A stretch of 64,000 nucleotides of DNA from Octopus vulgaris. Its lineage: Eukaryota. Shown in pieces: positions 40,630 through 54,424 of this stretch (position 1 is the first letter of the stretch; every line of letters begins with the position of its first letter). Position numbers and translations under genes: made by a program. Where the stretch lies: the NCBI GenBank assembly GCA_951406725.2, contig OX597816.1, positions 138,632,001 through 138,696,000 on the forward strand, written 5' to 3'. The notes under the pieces are model-generated. The model did no database searches. It was not told the DNA's origin and was given only the letters and a program-made list of their open reading frames with translations.

Positions 40630-41001
40630 CATGCATAGTCTATTCGGTTTGTATTATTCTTATAAAGTCATATTGCTATTCAAGCTCACAAGAAAATCGG
40701 AGTTGAGGCAGGCAAAGTTAACAACACAATTTGACATTAAATGCACAATCGAGTGGTAAAAGGTTCGATCTTACTGCGCGACATTGTTAGAACGGTGAGC
40801 TAGTTGGATCGTAAGTTCGACGAGCAAAATGCTAAGCGGTATTTCTTCAACCTTTTTTTTTTATGCTCGGAGTATAAATAACACCGAACTCAATTTTCAG
40901 GATCGATAAAATTAATTAGCACTCATGTACTAGGTATCGGTATAATCAACTTGTTTCCTCCCCTCAAAACTGCTTGATCGAAAATTTAAAAGGAATTATT
41001 A

Positions 41002-41048
<47 letters not shown>

Positions 41049-41077
41049 GTTGTTGTTGTTGTTATATTGTTATTCTT

Positions 41078-41208
<131 letters not shown>

Positions 41209-41232
41209 CATTATTATTATTATTATTATTTA

Positions 41233-41921
41233 AGCAGCAAACTGGCAGAACTGTTAGCACGCCGGGAAAAATGCTTCGGGGCATTTCTTCCAGTTCTTTA
41301 CGATCAGAGTTCAAATTCCCTCTCGGTTGACTTTACCTTTCAGGGTCGATAAACTAACGTTGCTGGCCTTGTGCCAAAATTTAAACAGTTGTTGTTGATT
41401 TCCTTTTAAGCTATGTGTGTTGCATCGCGTTCTTTGATACTATCCTCAATACCTTGCAACTTTTTGGCCAATTAGTCTTACATGTAGCTTCAGTTCTATG
41501 GAAAGAATGGGAGATAAAGCCCACCAAAGTGAGCGAAAGCTTGAATCACTGCATATGAACACAAGGTCTTAGATAAAGCAACCAAACCACTCTGAATCAC
41601 GTTGCGCCCCGCTTAAACAATGTCATCCAATGTATCCCTATAAAAACGAGATGATAACGGCGAGAATGGCTTTAAATTTAGATATGCATTATTTTCTAAC
41701 ATACAGTCTAAAATATTGTTTCAAATTTAGACACAAAGCCAGCAATTTTTAGCGAGGGTGCAAGTCGATTACATCGACCCCAGTATTCAACTGGTATCTA
41801 TTTTATTGGACCCGTAAGGCAAAATCGACCACGATGGAATTTGAACTCACAACGTGTAGACGGACGGAATGTCGCTAAGCATTTTGCCTGGCGTGCTAAC
41901 CATTCTACTAGCTCACCGCCT
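41233..41921. mobile_element. Diverged SINE B copies (41233-41390 +, 41715-41921 -)
   Basis: Degenerate matches to the family B head and central domain. Confidence 0.7.
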
Positions 41922-41935
41922 CTTATTGTCTAATA

Positions 41936-42645
41936 CAGTGATTCCTAAGTAGTACGCCGTGTACTGAAGACTGCTACGAAATTTTGCTAGGTGGGCCGTG
42001 GAAAATAGTGAAATTATATTTAAAATTGCGAGAAATAGAAATTGAAATTCTAAATGAAGTTTTGATGAATATGCTTCATTTATTAGATAATTAAATAAAT
42101 ACTATTCCTTTTCTCTTTTTTGTTTTTTTTGTAATTTGAATAAGATACATACTATTTTATATTAAACTCTTACGTCATACACAAAGTACGCCAGTGTATT
42201 TTTTATGATCTAAAGATTATGGCGATTAACAGTTTAAAAGCCATTGATTTAATAAATACATAAACACATATATATTTTATTGAGTTTGGAATGATGGAAA
42301 GTCAGAGAACCAAATAACGTAAAGTTCATATGACACTGTATGGATTTTACTTTCTTCCATGGATATAGCTGAATTGTACAGCAGAAAACAGTCTGTAAGA
42401 AAAAATTCCGTTCACAAGCTAAAATATTTACTATTTCATGAAACATAAGTTATATTTGCTGCGGTTATTATATTATTGTTAAATGAAGTAAAAGGAGGAG
42501 GAGATCTTAATGTTTATGCATCTTAGCCATTTAAAAGAAGTTTGTTTGTTCTTTACAATTTGTCTCTGCATTGATGTCAGAAACTTTTTTTCATTGTGTC
42601 TACAATGGTGCCGTGAGAGATGATTACTGAAAAAGTGGTAGCCAA
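41936..42645. mobile_element. Possible degenerate hAT/Charlie-like DNA transposon relic
   Basis: Starts CAGTGATTCCTAA. The right end GGTGCCGTGAG...AAAAAGTGGTAGCCA resembles hAT MITE ends. Weak. Confidence 0.3.
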
Positions 42646-43425
42646 TTTCTTATTTTGGAGGAGTGGGGCGAAGAAAATGCAAATCTTTTATGCATTAGGA
42701 ACATTTGTTCAAATAACATTAATATTTCTAACACCGACAACAGCGCTGACTTGAACAATGGCAATACAAGATTTTTAAAAAAGGTTAATCCCCATGTAAA
42801 CACATGTTAAAATGACTGGAATACAATTGTGACAGCAGCGACAGTGGTAAGACTGTCAATTAAAATGGGAAAATAAAAAGAGTAACGAAAATGAAGACTG
42901 AAAAACAAAATTACATTTTCACGAGCTGTGTGTTCATTTGTACATTTAGACTTTAATATCATGAACGAAACATGGAAAAGGTTCGGTCATAAGTTAGCAG
43001 GGAAAACGCAAAAGAACTCCCAGAGAAACTGTTTGATGAAAAGGTTAAAAGAACAACATTTAGGTGTTTTTCCCACTTAAAAAATATGTCCGAAAGTTAA
43101 TTTTGAAAATATCATTTAAGGACTCAGGCAATAAAAATAGAGTTTTGGGAGAGCTATTTTTTGAATTAGCTACAATTTCTTTTCATTCGTAGCAAAAGTT
43201 GGAAAACAAATATTACAGCAATACGCAACACAACTCACAGAAGTTCAACATTAGTCTTCGTCGCTGCAGTCGAATAATTGAAACCTATTTTTCTTTTTCA
43301 TTTTCATTTGCTGAACAGAATCATCCGTATCCGGACCACGCTAATGTTAATTATTGAAGCATCTGTATCTTCTGCGCCATTGAGCCTACGTTTGATACTT
43401 AAAAATTTGATATCTAATATTTGAA

Positions 43426-43834
43426 TTAACCCTTAAACTGCTAGAAACTGTTGCATGAATGTAAGTGCCAAACGGATAAAAAATTTTTTTTATATCTTTT
43501 TATATATATATACCTATACGTACTGAAGCAGTATTTCTTTGGATGAAATCATCCCTTCATGAGGTTAACACAGCAGCTAATCGTGTGAAAGGCGACCGTC
43601 ATATATATATTTATATATATATATTTATACTTATTCTCACTTTGAATAAGCGCAAAAACAAACATAATCGTTAGTCTCACGCACAATAAAATTTAAAATC
43701 CGGAAAAGTGCCGTAAAATGTTCACTTTCCGTTGATGATGACCGTATCGACGTAAAATTTTCGGAACATCAAGTGACGATGCCCACTGTTCTTTAATAAA
43801 CATCACCTGGCGGTGTACGCCATTTAAGAGTTAA
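43426..43834. mobile_element. piggyBac-like non-autonomous relic with a nested insertion
   Basis: TTAA|CCCTTAAA at the left end and TTTAAGAG|TTAA at the right end. Confidence 0.4.
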
Positions 43835-44104
43835 AGGTCTGTTACAAGGGAAAACAGTAATGACTGCAGTCCTTGATAAGAAGCGACACGAAGAGGCTCT
43901 CGAACATCTGATTTGTTAATTGCATCACTCAAATTTAAGTCTACGTTCTCTGATTTCGTCTTGTCTTAATCTGTTAGTCAAATTAAAAATTGACTGGTGT
44001 CTGTCTTCAGCTATTAAGGGACGTCCTACATTGCTAATCCGGAAATTTGTCATATTTGTGACGTGGTATTTGATTAAACACACTTTCTTTCTCTCTCTCT
44101 CTCA

Positions 44105-44176
<72 letters not shown>

Positions 44177-44421
44177 AGCTCTCTCCTCCCTCTCTCTCTC
44201 TGTAAAGTTTATGTAATGCCCGAAGGACAGAAATTTATGGAATATAATGTCATCTGTTTGCGAATGCATTAAATTAATTTCCAGTGAAACAAATATCACA
44301 AGCCATTCGTTTGTAATCTATGGTATGTGTGTGTGTGTGTGTGTGTGTGTTTGTGTGTGTGTGCGTTTGTGTGTGTATATCTATAATTATGTATGTGTAC
44401 GTTTGTATGTATATATGTTTG

Positions 44422-44502
<81 letters not shown>

Positions 44503-45090
44503 TTATATGCATTTTTGCATATTCATTCATTTATTTGTATTTATGTATGTGTGTGTACATACATACATACATACATACATACATTCATACATACATACAT
44601 ATGTGTGTGTATGTGTGTGTGTGTGTATGTGACACAAAACATCCAGTCAACGATCAAGTCTTCCGTATACATCCTATCGTCAGCTGCCGACGTGTCATTA
44701 TGTTCTCGACATCTCGGTAGTGTCCTTCACTCCAGTGGCATCAACGCGTTAAAAAACATAAGGACTGCCTGGAAATAAGGAGATCAGTACCACAGACTAC
44801 ACGGTGTGCATTATGCCCGCTATATCAACATCTACTTATTGCTAGAAAATACAAATAGAAATATCAAATACCTCAAACATAACTCGTTACGTTCATCTAA
44901 GATCAATAGAGGTTAAAACCCATAAAGCATTAAAACGAACTAACGAATTAAACATATTGAACGGAAATTATCGAACACAGTCGAAAACACATAGAAAATA
45001 CATAAACCGGAAATAATAAGCTAAAAAATAATCGAATTAGAACTACAAACATATAGATTTAATTAAAGGACACCTATTCTTTTGCTATTT

Positions 45091-45218
45091 TACTACCAGT
45101 TCAAATATGTTTGTGGCATGTTTGGACTAATAAACAGGCCATTCTCTGTCTTTTGTCATGGAGTGAATGGCTTGACTATTAGTCCAAACGTGCCACAGGC
45201 ATATTTGAACTGGTAGTA
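45091..45218 (+). other. 128-nt near-perfect hairpin (MITE-like or hairpin RNA)
   Basis: 42-bp stem with 3 G-U pairs, a 2x2 loop, then a further 10 bp. Ends TA...TA. Confidence 0.8.
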
Positions 45219-45485
45219 ATATGGCATTTATACTTATCACTGCGTAACGCTCCTACTTCGTAACCTATTCTTTTGCGCATGAGTCTGCTGGAGAGAGGAT
45301 CGAGCAGTTCATATGCTGAGGACAGCCGTTGAAGCCTGTAACATTCGTTAAAACAATGTCTCCAGAGAATAAGCTAACCATTTTCCTCGATGGCATGTCA
45401 CTTTGGAGTGGTCTTGAGGCTTGAGATTATTTCTCCTTCTCAAGTAGAGCTTGCCTTAATTGCCACTAAGTAATTGTGATACATC

Positions 45486-46620
45486 CTCTAGAGCTGGTGA
45501 TAATTGTAGTAAGTCTAAAATTTATTTTCTGTTATTCTATGTGACGTGGGTTATAGTGATCGGCAAAGCAGAAATTGTGTGCAATGTTGGTTGGAGTCAC
45601 TACCAAGCAAGAAGGATATCCGAAGTCTCTCAGTATAGAGGTTAGACAAACATCATCTTGTCTTTTCAAATATAGGGGCAGTTGCAGAGAGAGTGTTGCA
45701 TGTAGTATATAACATTGTTAAAAGTTCAAGTGAATGAGCCGGTTATAAAGATTCAGTGATTGCTAGGCTCGGGAAGGAGTAAAGTGTGGCAGAGGGATGG
45801 GTGTAATAATAGAGGCGGCGAGCTGGCAAAAACGTTAACACGCCGGGCGAAATGCGTAGCCGTATTTCGTCTGCCGTTACGTTCTGGGTTCAAATTCCGC
45901 CGAGGTCGACTTTGCCTTTCATCCTTTCGGGGTCGATATATTAAGTACCAGTTACGCACTGGGGTCGATGAAATCGACTTAATCCGTTTGTCTGTCCTTG
46001 TTTGTCCCCTCTGTGTTTAGTCCCTTGTGGGTAGTAAAGAAATAAATAGAGGCAGAGGCAAAGAAAGGATCCAAGTTGGATGTGAGTAGGGAATGAGCAA
46101 TAGAGTCTAGAGGTTGTGATAATTGTAGTAAATCAAAAATTTATTTTCCGTTATTTTATTTCGAGTATAGTGATCCGCAAAGCAGAAATGGCGTGCAATG
46201 TTGGAAGTCGTTACCAAGCAAGAAGGATATCCCTAAGTTTTTCAATAAAGAGGTTGGACAAACATCATCTTGACTTCCCAAATAAAGAGGGAGTTGCAGA
46301 GAGAGCGTTGTATGTAGTACATAAGATTCTTAGAAGTTCAAGTGAATGAGTCGGATATATAGAATAAGTGATTGCTAAGCTCTGGAACAAGAGGGTTGCA
46401 GAAGGACAGGTGCAATAATAGAGGCCGGGGCAAAGGAAAGATCTAAGTTGGATGTGAGTAGTGAAAGAGCTATGGACGATGGTCGTGTAGGTTATAGGCG
46501 CATTTGAAGAGCAAGTATGTGTTGGGGGAAGATATGAAAGGGTTAATTGTTGGAGTCATATTGGAGGATACGGACTGTGCATAGGACAGTGCGCCGAAAG
46601 TGTTGTATGGAACAGAATAT
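45486..46620 (-). mobile_element. Penelope-like (Neptune-type) GIY-YIG endonuclease relic, tandemly duplicated
   Basis: Joined across frameshifts: FKCAYNLHD..VHS, SFLCPGLYYCTCP, DSFT*TSKNLMYYIQRSLCNSLFI-GKSR*CLSNLFIEKLRDI..IARHFCFADH. Confidence 0.8.
45814..46044 (+). mobile_element. SINE family B, full length, TSD AATAGAGGC
   Basis: TSD at 45808 and 46045. The empty site is visible in the paralogous copy at ~46417. Confidence 0.93.
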
Positions 46621-46938
46621 TAAGATGAGTGATAGTTGAAAAAAATATGCACATATGAATGACCAATTTTATTTAATGTTTGTGTAAATAGGTAAAACAT
46701 ATCTTCTGTGTACAGAAAATTGGGGCATTTTTCTTATGTAATGGTGTAAAAAGACTAGGAAAGTGTAAGATACATCTTTTTTTTACCTCTTCGCGTAGAA
46801 AAATACTCTATTAATCTTCTTATCTGACCACTACTTCCCAAAGCATGTTCAAAATTTTACCATTATTAAAAAATACTCACATTTTAAAATGTACACACAT
46901 GCAAGCACACACATATACACGCACGCGCACTTACATGC

Positions 46939-47007
<69 letters not shown>

Positions 47008-47113
47008 TGGGCGACTGCTGGGCTTCCATAAACAACCTTGCCCGGACTTGTGTCTAGGAGGGTAACTTTCTAGTGCAATCCCATGGTCATTCATGACCGA
47101 AGGGGGTCTTACC

Positions 47114-47170
<57 letters not shown>

Positions 47171-47189
47171 CATATATATATATATATAT

Positions 47190-47520
47190 AGCTAAGTTGT
47201 ACTGTCTATAGTCGTAAGACACCCGCTGTTTTTGTCCTGTTATTACTATTATTGTTTTTTGTATTTATATTCGTGTGGCATCGTCCGTTTTTCTGTCCTT
47301 GTTTCGTATACATTCGATCCTTTTTCCAAGAAATCTAATGCTCGTAGCTTAGTTTTTCCTTGGGGCTGGCTGGATCGGAGCGATCTCAAGATTAATCAGC
47401 CGAAATTGCGAGGATGATCCGGTTCTTGACTGAAGATTGAAGGCTTCGAATGTCCCGTCCGTGTTTTTTGTATCGTCTTAAATGTTTTACGTTCTTGTCC
47501 CAGTTTGTATTTTTCTACAT
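47190..47520 (+). mobile_element. Short (TA)n-docked non-coding element, family H2 (second copy 59660-59935)
   Basis: The two copies align over ~270 bp and both end at TA tracts. Confidence 0.75.
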
Positions 47521-47799
47521 ATATGTACAGATATACATACATACATGCAGAGAGAGAAAAGAAAGGCGTGGCTGTGTGGTAAGAAGCTCGCTTCCCAGCC
47601 ACATGGTTCTGGGTCTAACCTGCCTGGCACCTTGGAAGAGTGTCTTTTCCTATAGCCTTGTGAGTGGATTTGGTAGACGAAAACTCACAAAAGAATACTT
47701 CTTGTGATTGGTTTAAATCCTCACAAGGAACTAGTGAAATGTTTGACCGAATGTAGACCATCACACCACCGCAACGACGATTCAATGGACTGAACAAAT

Positions 47800-47841
<42 letters not shown>

Positions 47842-48405
47842 TTGTGCGCGTGCGTGTGTGTATGTATTTGTGTGTGTGTGTGTATTTGTGTGTGTGTGTG
47901 TGTGTGTGTGTGCGTGCGCGTGCGTGCGTGGGTGTATATATATATATATAGCGCCGACAGGATCAGTGAAATAGGTCAAGGCAAATCGACAGTGAAGTAC
48001 ACGGCGTTTTGGCTAGAGAGAAAACTAAAAACAAAAACAAAAAAAATAATCGCAACCATAAGTGGTTAAGTCACAACAGATTAGTGGTTAAGGTTTAGTT
48101 GAAGCAATATATCATTGGTATCCGGTTTTTCGCAACTCCAAAATATTCAAAGATTTATTGGTAGGTTAAAGCGGTGGAATTATAGTAACGGAATAACTGG
48201 GAAATTACTGCGCGTGTTCCAGTAGGATAACTTTGATATTTATTAGCACATTGCACTACACAAGTATTCCATGCAAAATTGTATGATGTGATGTGAAAAA
48301 TAATAACAAATCGTGTTACTGAAACACGCATACATACATACATACATACATACATACATACATACATACATACATACATACATACATGCATGACTATATA
48401 TATGC

Positions 48406-48484
<79 letters not shown>

Positions 48485-48541
48485 CATACAAATATATAGG
48501 TATATTCATACATACCTATATATGTGTGTGTGTATATATGT

Positions 48542-48905
48542 TGGCCCAGTGGTTAGGGCAGCGGACTCGCGGTCTTAGGATCGCGGTTTCGATTCCCAGA
48601 CCGGGCGTTGTGAGTGTTTATTGAGCAAAAACGCCTAAAACTCCACGATGCTCCGGCAGGGGATGGTGGCGAAACCTGCTGTACTCTTTCACCACAACTT
48701 TCACTCTTTCTTCCTGTTTCTGTTGTACCTGTATTTCAAAGGGCAGGGCTTGTCACAATCTGTGTAAGCTGAATCTCTCCGAAAACTACGTTACGGGTAC
48801 TCGTGTCTGTGGAGTGCTCAGTCACTTGCATGTTATTTTCACGAGCAAGCTGTTCCATTAATCGGATCAACTGGAACCTTCATCGTCGTAGCCGACGGAG
48901 AACCA
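48542..48905 (+). mobile_element. Chimeric SINE: family C head with family D tail
   Basis: C sequence up to ...TTCTGTTG, then D tail TACCTGTATTTCAAAGGG...GACGGAG. Confidence 0.88.
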
Positions 48906-48936
48906 ACCATATATATATACATACATTCATCCACAT

Positions 48937-49207
48937 GAAGATGCGTGACTTAGTGATTAGGGTATTTGACTAATTCAATTCCCGGCGATACGTTGTGTCA
49001 TTGAGCAAGATACTTTATTTCACGTTGCTCCAGTCCACACAGCTGGCTAAAAGAGAAGTACCTGTATTTCAAAGGGCCAACCCTGAGAACTACATTAAGA
49101 GTACACGTGTCTGTGAAGTGCTCAGTCACTTGCATATTAATTTCACGAGCATGCTGTTCCGTTGATTGTATCAGCTGGGACCCTCGTCGTCGTAACCGAC
49201 GGAGTAT
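48937..49207 (+). mobile_element. SINE family D
   Basis: Matches the 35675 copy, with deletions. Confidence 0.85.
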
Positions 49208-49261
49208 TCCTTATATATACATACATATATATATATGTATACCTATATAAACATACATATA

Positions 49262-49354
<93 letters not shown>

Positions 49355-49357
<3 letters not shown>

Positions 49358-49650
49358 ACGCAATGGCCCAGTGGTTAGGGCAGCGGACTCGCGGTCGTAG
49401 GATCGCGGTTTCGATTCCCAGACCGGGCGTTGTGTGTGTTTATTGAGCGAAAACACCTAAAAGCTCCACGAGGCTCCGGCAGGGGGTGGTGATCCCTGCT
49501 GTACTCTTTCACCACTCTTTCTCTCACTCTTTCTTCTGTTGGCCTGCTCGCTTAGCCAGCGGGGTGGCGTCATTCGAAGGCTAAAACAATGCGAACGCAT
49601 TGTGACCAGCGATGTGTAGCAACATCTGATGGTCTGGTCAGTCACGTGAT

Positions 49651-49658
<8 letters not shown>
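49355..49658 (+). mobile_element. SINE family C, full length
   Basis: Matches the 30095 and 39561 copies. Confidence 0.92.
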
Positions 49659-49684
<26 letters not shown>

Positions 49685-49685
<1 letters not shown>

Positions 49686-50247
49686 ACTAATGTAGGATAA
49701 AATCTTTTTCGGGAAAAAAATTTTATCAATGGCCAGCATATCAAAAAATACCTTTAAAAGTTAAATTTATACATAATTTACAAGATAAGGGCAAAAGAAA
49801 AATTCTAATGCCAAATATGCCGAAAAAAGACAAAAATTGTCAATAACCATTATAATTTATGCGTCTCGAAGCAATATTTTGGATATATTTGGGGTACTTA
49901 GGTCTGCTCAGGACTTAGTGCTTGCTTTTTCCATGGGTATGAGTAAGTACTTCACTTATATCTCACGTATTTATCGCTGAAGAGGGGCCAATCTTATGAA
50001 TTAACCCCGATTTTGGACCAATACGGTAATAACGGATTTTTTAGAAATTTCTATCGGTTTGTTTCGAGACGCATAAATTATAATGTTTATTCATAATGTT
50101 TGTCTTTTTTTCGGCATATTTGGCATTAGAATTTTTCTTTTGCCCCTATCTTGTAAATTATTTATAAATTTAACTTTTAAAGGTATTTTTTGATATGTTG
50201 GCCATTGATAAAATTTTTTTCCCGAAAAAGATTTTATCCTACATTAG

Positions 50248-50249
<2 letters not shown>
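49685..50249. mobile_element. Element with ~186-bp inverted arms in (TA)n, with a half hammerhead in the spacer
   Basis: 49685-49870 is the reverse complement of 50063-50249. The spacer is homologous to 16790-16930(-). Confidence 0.85.
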
Positions 50250-50340
<91 letters not shown>

Positions 50341-51294
50341 TGTATGTATGTATGTATGTATGTATGTATGCATGCATGCATGTATGTATGTATGTATGTA
50401 TGTATGTATGTATGTATGTATGTATGTATGTATGTATGTATGTATACACACACATGTACAAACACAGAGGAGATGCTCAATACAATATTTGTGTGTGTGT
50501 GTGTGTGTGTGTGTTTGTGTGTGTGGGCGTGTGTGCTCGTGTGTGCGCGTGCATATATAAATCAATCTTAATAGAAAAGAATAGACGGGAAGAAAGATAG
50601 ATGAATAAGCAAGGTAAGCAAGATACGTAAACAAAGCCTCACTTGGAAAAACACGGGGAAGGGCGTGAGTTGATGAAGAAACTGAAAGTGAAAGTGAAAG
50701 TGAAGCTGAAGTGAGGAGTAGGAGGAGGAGAAGTGCACAATAACATAATCAGGAGTTGTGAGATGCTGCGGTAGTGTGTGTGTGTGTGGGAGGAAGGGGG
50801 GAAGTGACGGTATTTGAAAAGAAGGTTGTGAGGCCAAGATGTCGATCGAAGTGTGAAGAAGAACGATGAAACGTAGTTAGCTGGCTGTCGTTTTGAACTT
50901 ACTCATGTTTTAGAGAATGTTAAATTGCTTGTCGAATCTCTTCTCATAAAATGTTTCTTTGAAGTCGTTCATTTCATCGTTGCCATATCACATGCACCGC
51001 TTCATTCGCTGCTTCCTCTTCTTCCTTTTCTTCTTCTTCTTCTTTTCTCACTATCTATAAGAATGTCTACATTTCAAGAATCTTTCTAGACCTTGTCTCA
51101 TCGTCGTTGGAATTTGTTTTGTATTTGTGTTTCCGTTCACTTTTTATTTTGTTTTGTTTTTTTTTGTTTTTTTTTTCCTGTTTATTATTGTTGTATTTCT
51201 TTACTATGTTCTCAGTATGTATTTTGTCATCATCATCATCATCATCATCATCATTATCATCATCGACGTCGTCGTATACGTCATCATCATCATC

Positions 51295-51340
<46 letters not shown>

Positions 51341-52035
51341 CTATTATCCACTTCCCTCTCCTCCCCTTCCTCTCTTCCTCGTTATCGTTATCGCATTTGT
51401 TATCGCTATCATCATCACCATCATCCACATTATCATCATTACCACCACCACCGCCGCCATCAATACCACCACCACCACCGCTACCATCATCATCATCATC
51501 ATCATCTTCTTCTTCTTCATGTTTTGCTTATCATATTACTTTCCTCCAGCTCCTCCTCCATCTCTTCCGCCCAACATTTCTTATTCTGCCACTGACTCCT
51601 TTGCTGATGAAAAATGAAAAGTAAAATTGATAAAAAGCTATCGTTTCATGCTTGATCTGGGCATATGAAAGATATACAGACACACATACACATACATATA
51701 CGCACTTTCACATACACACAGTCATTTCCATACATAAATCATATTCGATATACATATACATATAAACATACATACGCACAAATACACATTCATATATATC
51801 ATGTATGTGAATAGATTATATTCCATAAACATTTCTGTCTGTATTACTACGTATGCATGCCTGTTTGTAAGTGTGATTGAATGTATGTACGCATGTTCGT
51901 AGACATGTGTGCATATGCGTATGTACGTGCGCATGACCATGTGCATATATATTTATATATGTGAAAAATATACACATATATAAGCATACACACACACATA
52001 TATATATATATATATACACATAAGCATACATATGC

Positions 52036-52073
<38 letters not shown>

Positions 52074-52646
52074 TCACTCACACACACACATATACATACA
52101 TGTACATATACCCAAACATATGCACGCCCAGACACACGTACACACATATACTGATATTTTTGCCTTTATTGTAATGAAACTCTTCACTTAATTGCAAAAG
52201 CGTTATAAGATAATGAATACTTGTTGTGAGAATCTCATGCAAATAGACAATGGTGGCTTTGTTAATTATTTAAAATGTCTTTCAGTGTTAAATCTCACGC
52301 TTCAGATAATGGGTCTTTCAAAAGCTGTGACGATACTTAAACGCCGACCAATTTGTCGGGGTAATGCTTCAAACGTTTGAAAACGTATTTAACGTCGAAA
52401 CTGCAGCATCGTGGATATGTGTGATCCACTCCGTAGCGTTAGGAATACGGGTGTTTGACGGTGTTTGCGGGATGTGGATGTATATCACTAAGGGGTTGGT
52501 TTCATCTCATATATCAATGTTCTCTCAAACGAGAATCCATATAAGATTTTGATATTAAAAACTATGTGCATTCATTAAATCGGTTATACTTTTACAATAC
52601 ACAAAATATTTAACAATTTTTTTTTATAGAATTCCTATTAAGTAAA

Positions 52647-52945
52647 GGCACAGGCGTGGCTGCGTGGTAAGAATCTTGCCTCTCAACCACATAGTTTCGG
52701 ATTCGGCTCCACTGTGTCTTCTACTGTAGCCTCGAACCGACCAAAACCTCGTGAGTGGACGGAAACTGAAAGAAGCTTGTCGTGTATATATGTATGTGTG
52801 TGTGTGTCTTTGTGTCTGTGTTTTTCCCCCGCCCCATCGCTTGACAGCCGATGTTGGTGTGTTTACGACCCCGTAACTTAGCGTTTCGGCAATAGACACA
52901 GATAGATTAAGTACTAGGCTTACAAAGATTTCTTCAACTAAAAGG
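52647..52945 (+). mobile_element. SINE family A, diverged
   Basis: Head, internal microsatellite and partial tail. Confidence 0.82.
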
Positions 52946-53220
52946 AACTTACTTATACATCACTATATACTCCACTCACGCACACGCACACGCATATGCG
53001 CGCATATCACAACAATACGCCCAGCTTTACTTCTCTACAATGACTAAATTCACAGAGCATGCTCCAGTATAAGAAGACACTCAAACACGTACTCATTATT
53101 AGCACATGGATTCACATAAATATCCTTGCTCACACATAATTAACACACAAGGTCTGCACAATCTCCATTTTCTCGTCCTTAAACACAGACACAGGCTTTA
53201 AAATTAATACGCCACGCACA

Positions 53221-53620
53221 TCTTTATATATAAAAGAGAGGTTGTGTGTCTGTCTCCTACGATCTAGATTCCTAACTACTCCCACATTTTGCGGTGCAGT
53301 TTAACTAAAACCGGGTATCTTATAGTCGTGATTCATATCAAGCCCTTCTGGGTATTAACGCGCGTCTACGATGAGTCTACGATTTAAAAAAAAATTTTCC
53401 ATCATTTTTTTCCCATTTTTAATGCATTTTTTTCGCTATTATATAAGGGAAGTAATTCTCTAAAAATGTCTACGATGAGTCAACGATTTAAAAAAAAATT
53501 ACCATCATTTTTTTTCCATTTTTAATGCATTTTTTTGCTATTTTTTGGCTATAACTCTCTAAAAATGCTTATATAGTTATTTCCCTTACAAACCCGAGCA
53601 ACGCCGGTCGATACTGCTAG
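53221..53620 (+). mobile_element. Complete non-autonomous Helitron-like element
   Basis: A|TC 5' end, 3' hairpin plus CTAG|T, no TSD, and an internal ~100-bp duplication (GTCTACGATGAGTC...). Confidence 0.82.
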
Positions 53621-54375
53621 TAACTTATACAAATTTCTTCACTGTTGCTCTTATACGTTTGAAACCTCATTCTTTCTTTCTCCCCTCCAGTCATTCAACT
53701 TCTCTAACGTATACTACATGTAACAAGTTTTCTTATATATTCCACATGACATAAACGTACTCATATTTCTATGTTAAGTTCTTCCTTTCCGTCGGCTACT
53801 TTTTCCCCTTCTAACTATTCATTTGGGGAGGGAAAGCGCTAATACGCGAAACGTGAAAGACACTTATAATTTTCTTAGCTATTATTGAGCGTCAAACCAA
53901 TAGTTACATTTTATTTCGATGTTCTCTTTTTCGTTGTTGTTCTCATCTTTATTTTTAGCGTGTGAGTGTTTGCGTTTGTATATTATCAGAAAACTGAAGT
54001 AACATTAATAAATATATTACTGACTTCAAATTTGTGATTCCACAAATAATATTGACTTTATTAGATACAACAGACCAGTGTGTCAGTGAGCAGGTCATAG
54101 ATTATACGACGAAAAATATAAGAAAGAATATATCATAGTCAGAAATTTAAAATAAAGTAACATTAGGCATTTCATTGACTGTGTATTTCAGATTGTTTCA
54201 AATATGTGTAACCCGGATTGAACCGGATTTAATTTGTGCAATACTAACCACCAAAATATTCATAACCTTCTCACTATTATCTGCTAGTAGAACTTCAAAC
54301 ACTTAGTAATTTACATACGACATATTATACATACACACTTTCACATAAAGAACTTATTCTTAAACACACACGCAC

Positions 54376-54424
<49 letters not shown>

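Noticed and set aside
46330-46350. In-frame TGA at a conserved Cys of the GIY-YIG relic (selenocysteine idea)
   Set aside because: The same relic has other stops and frameshifts, no SECIS was seen, and the two copies are not independent.
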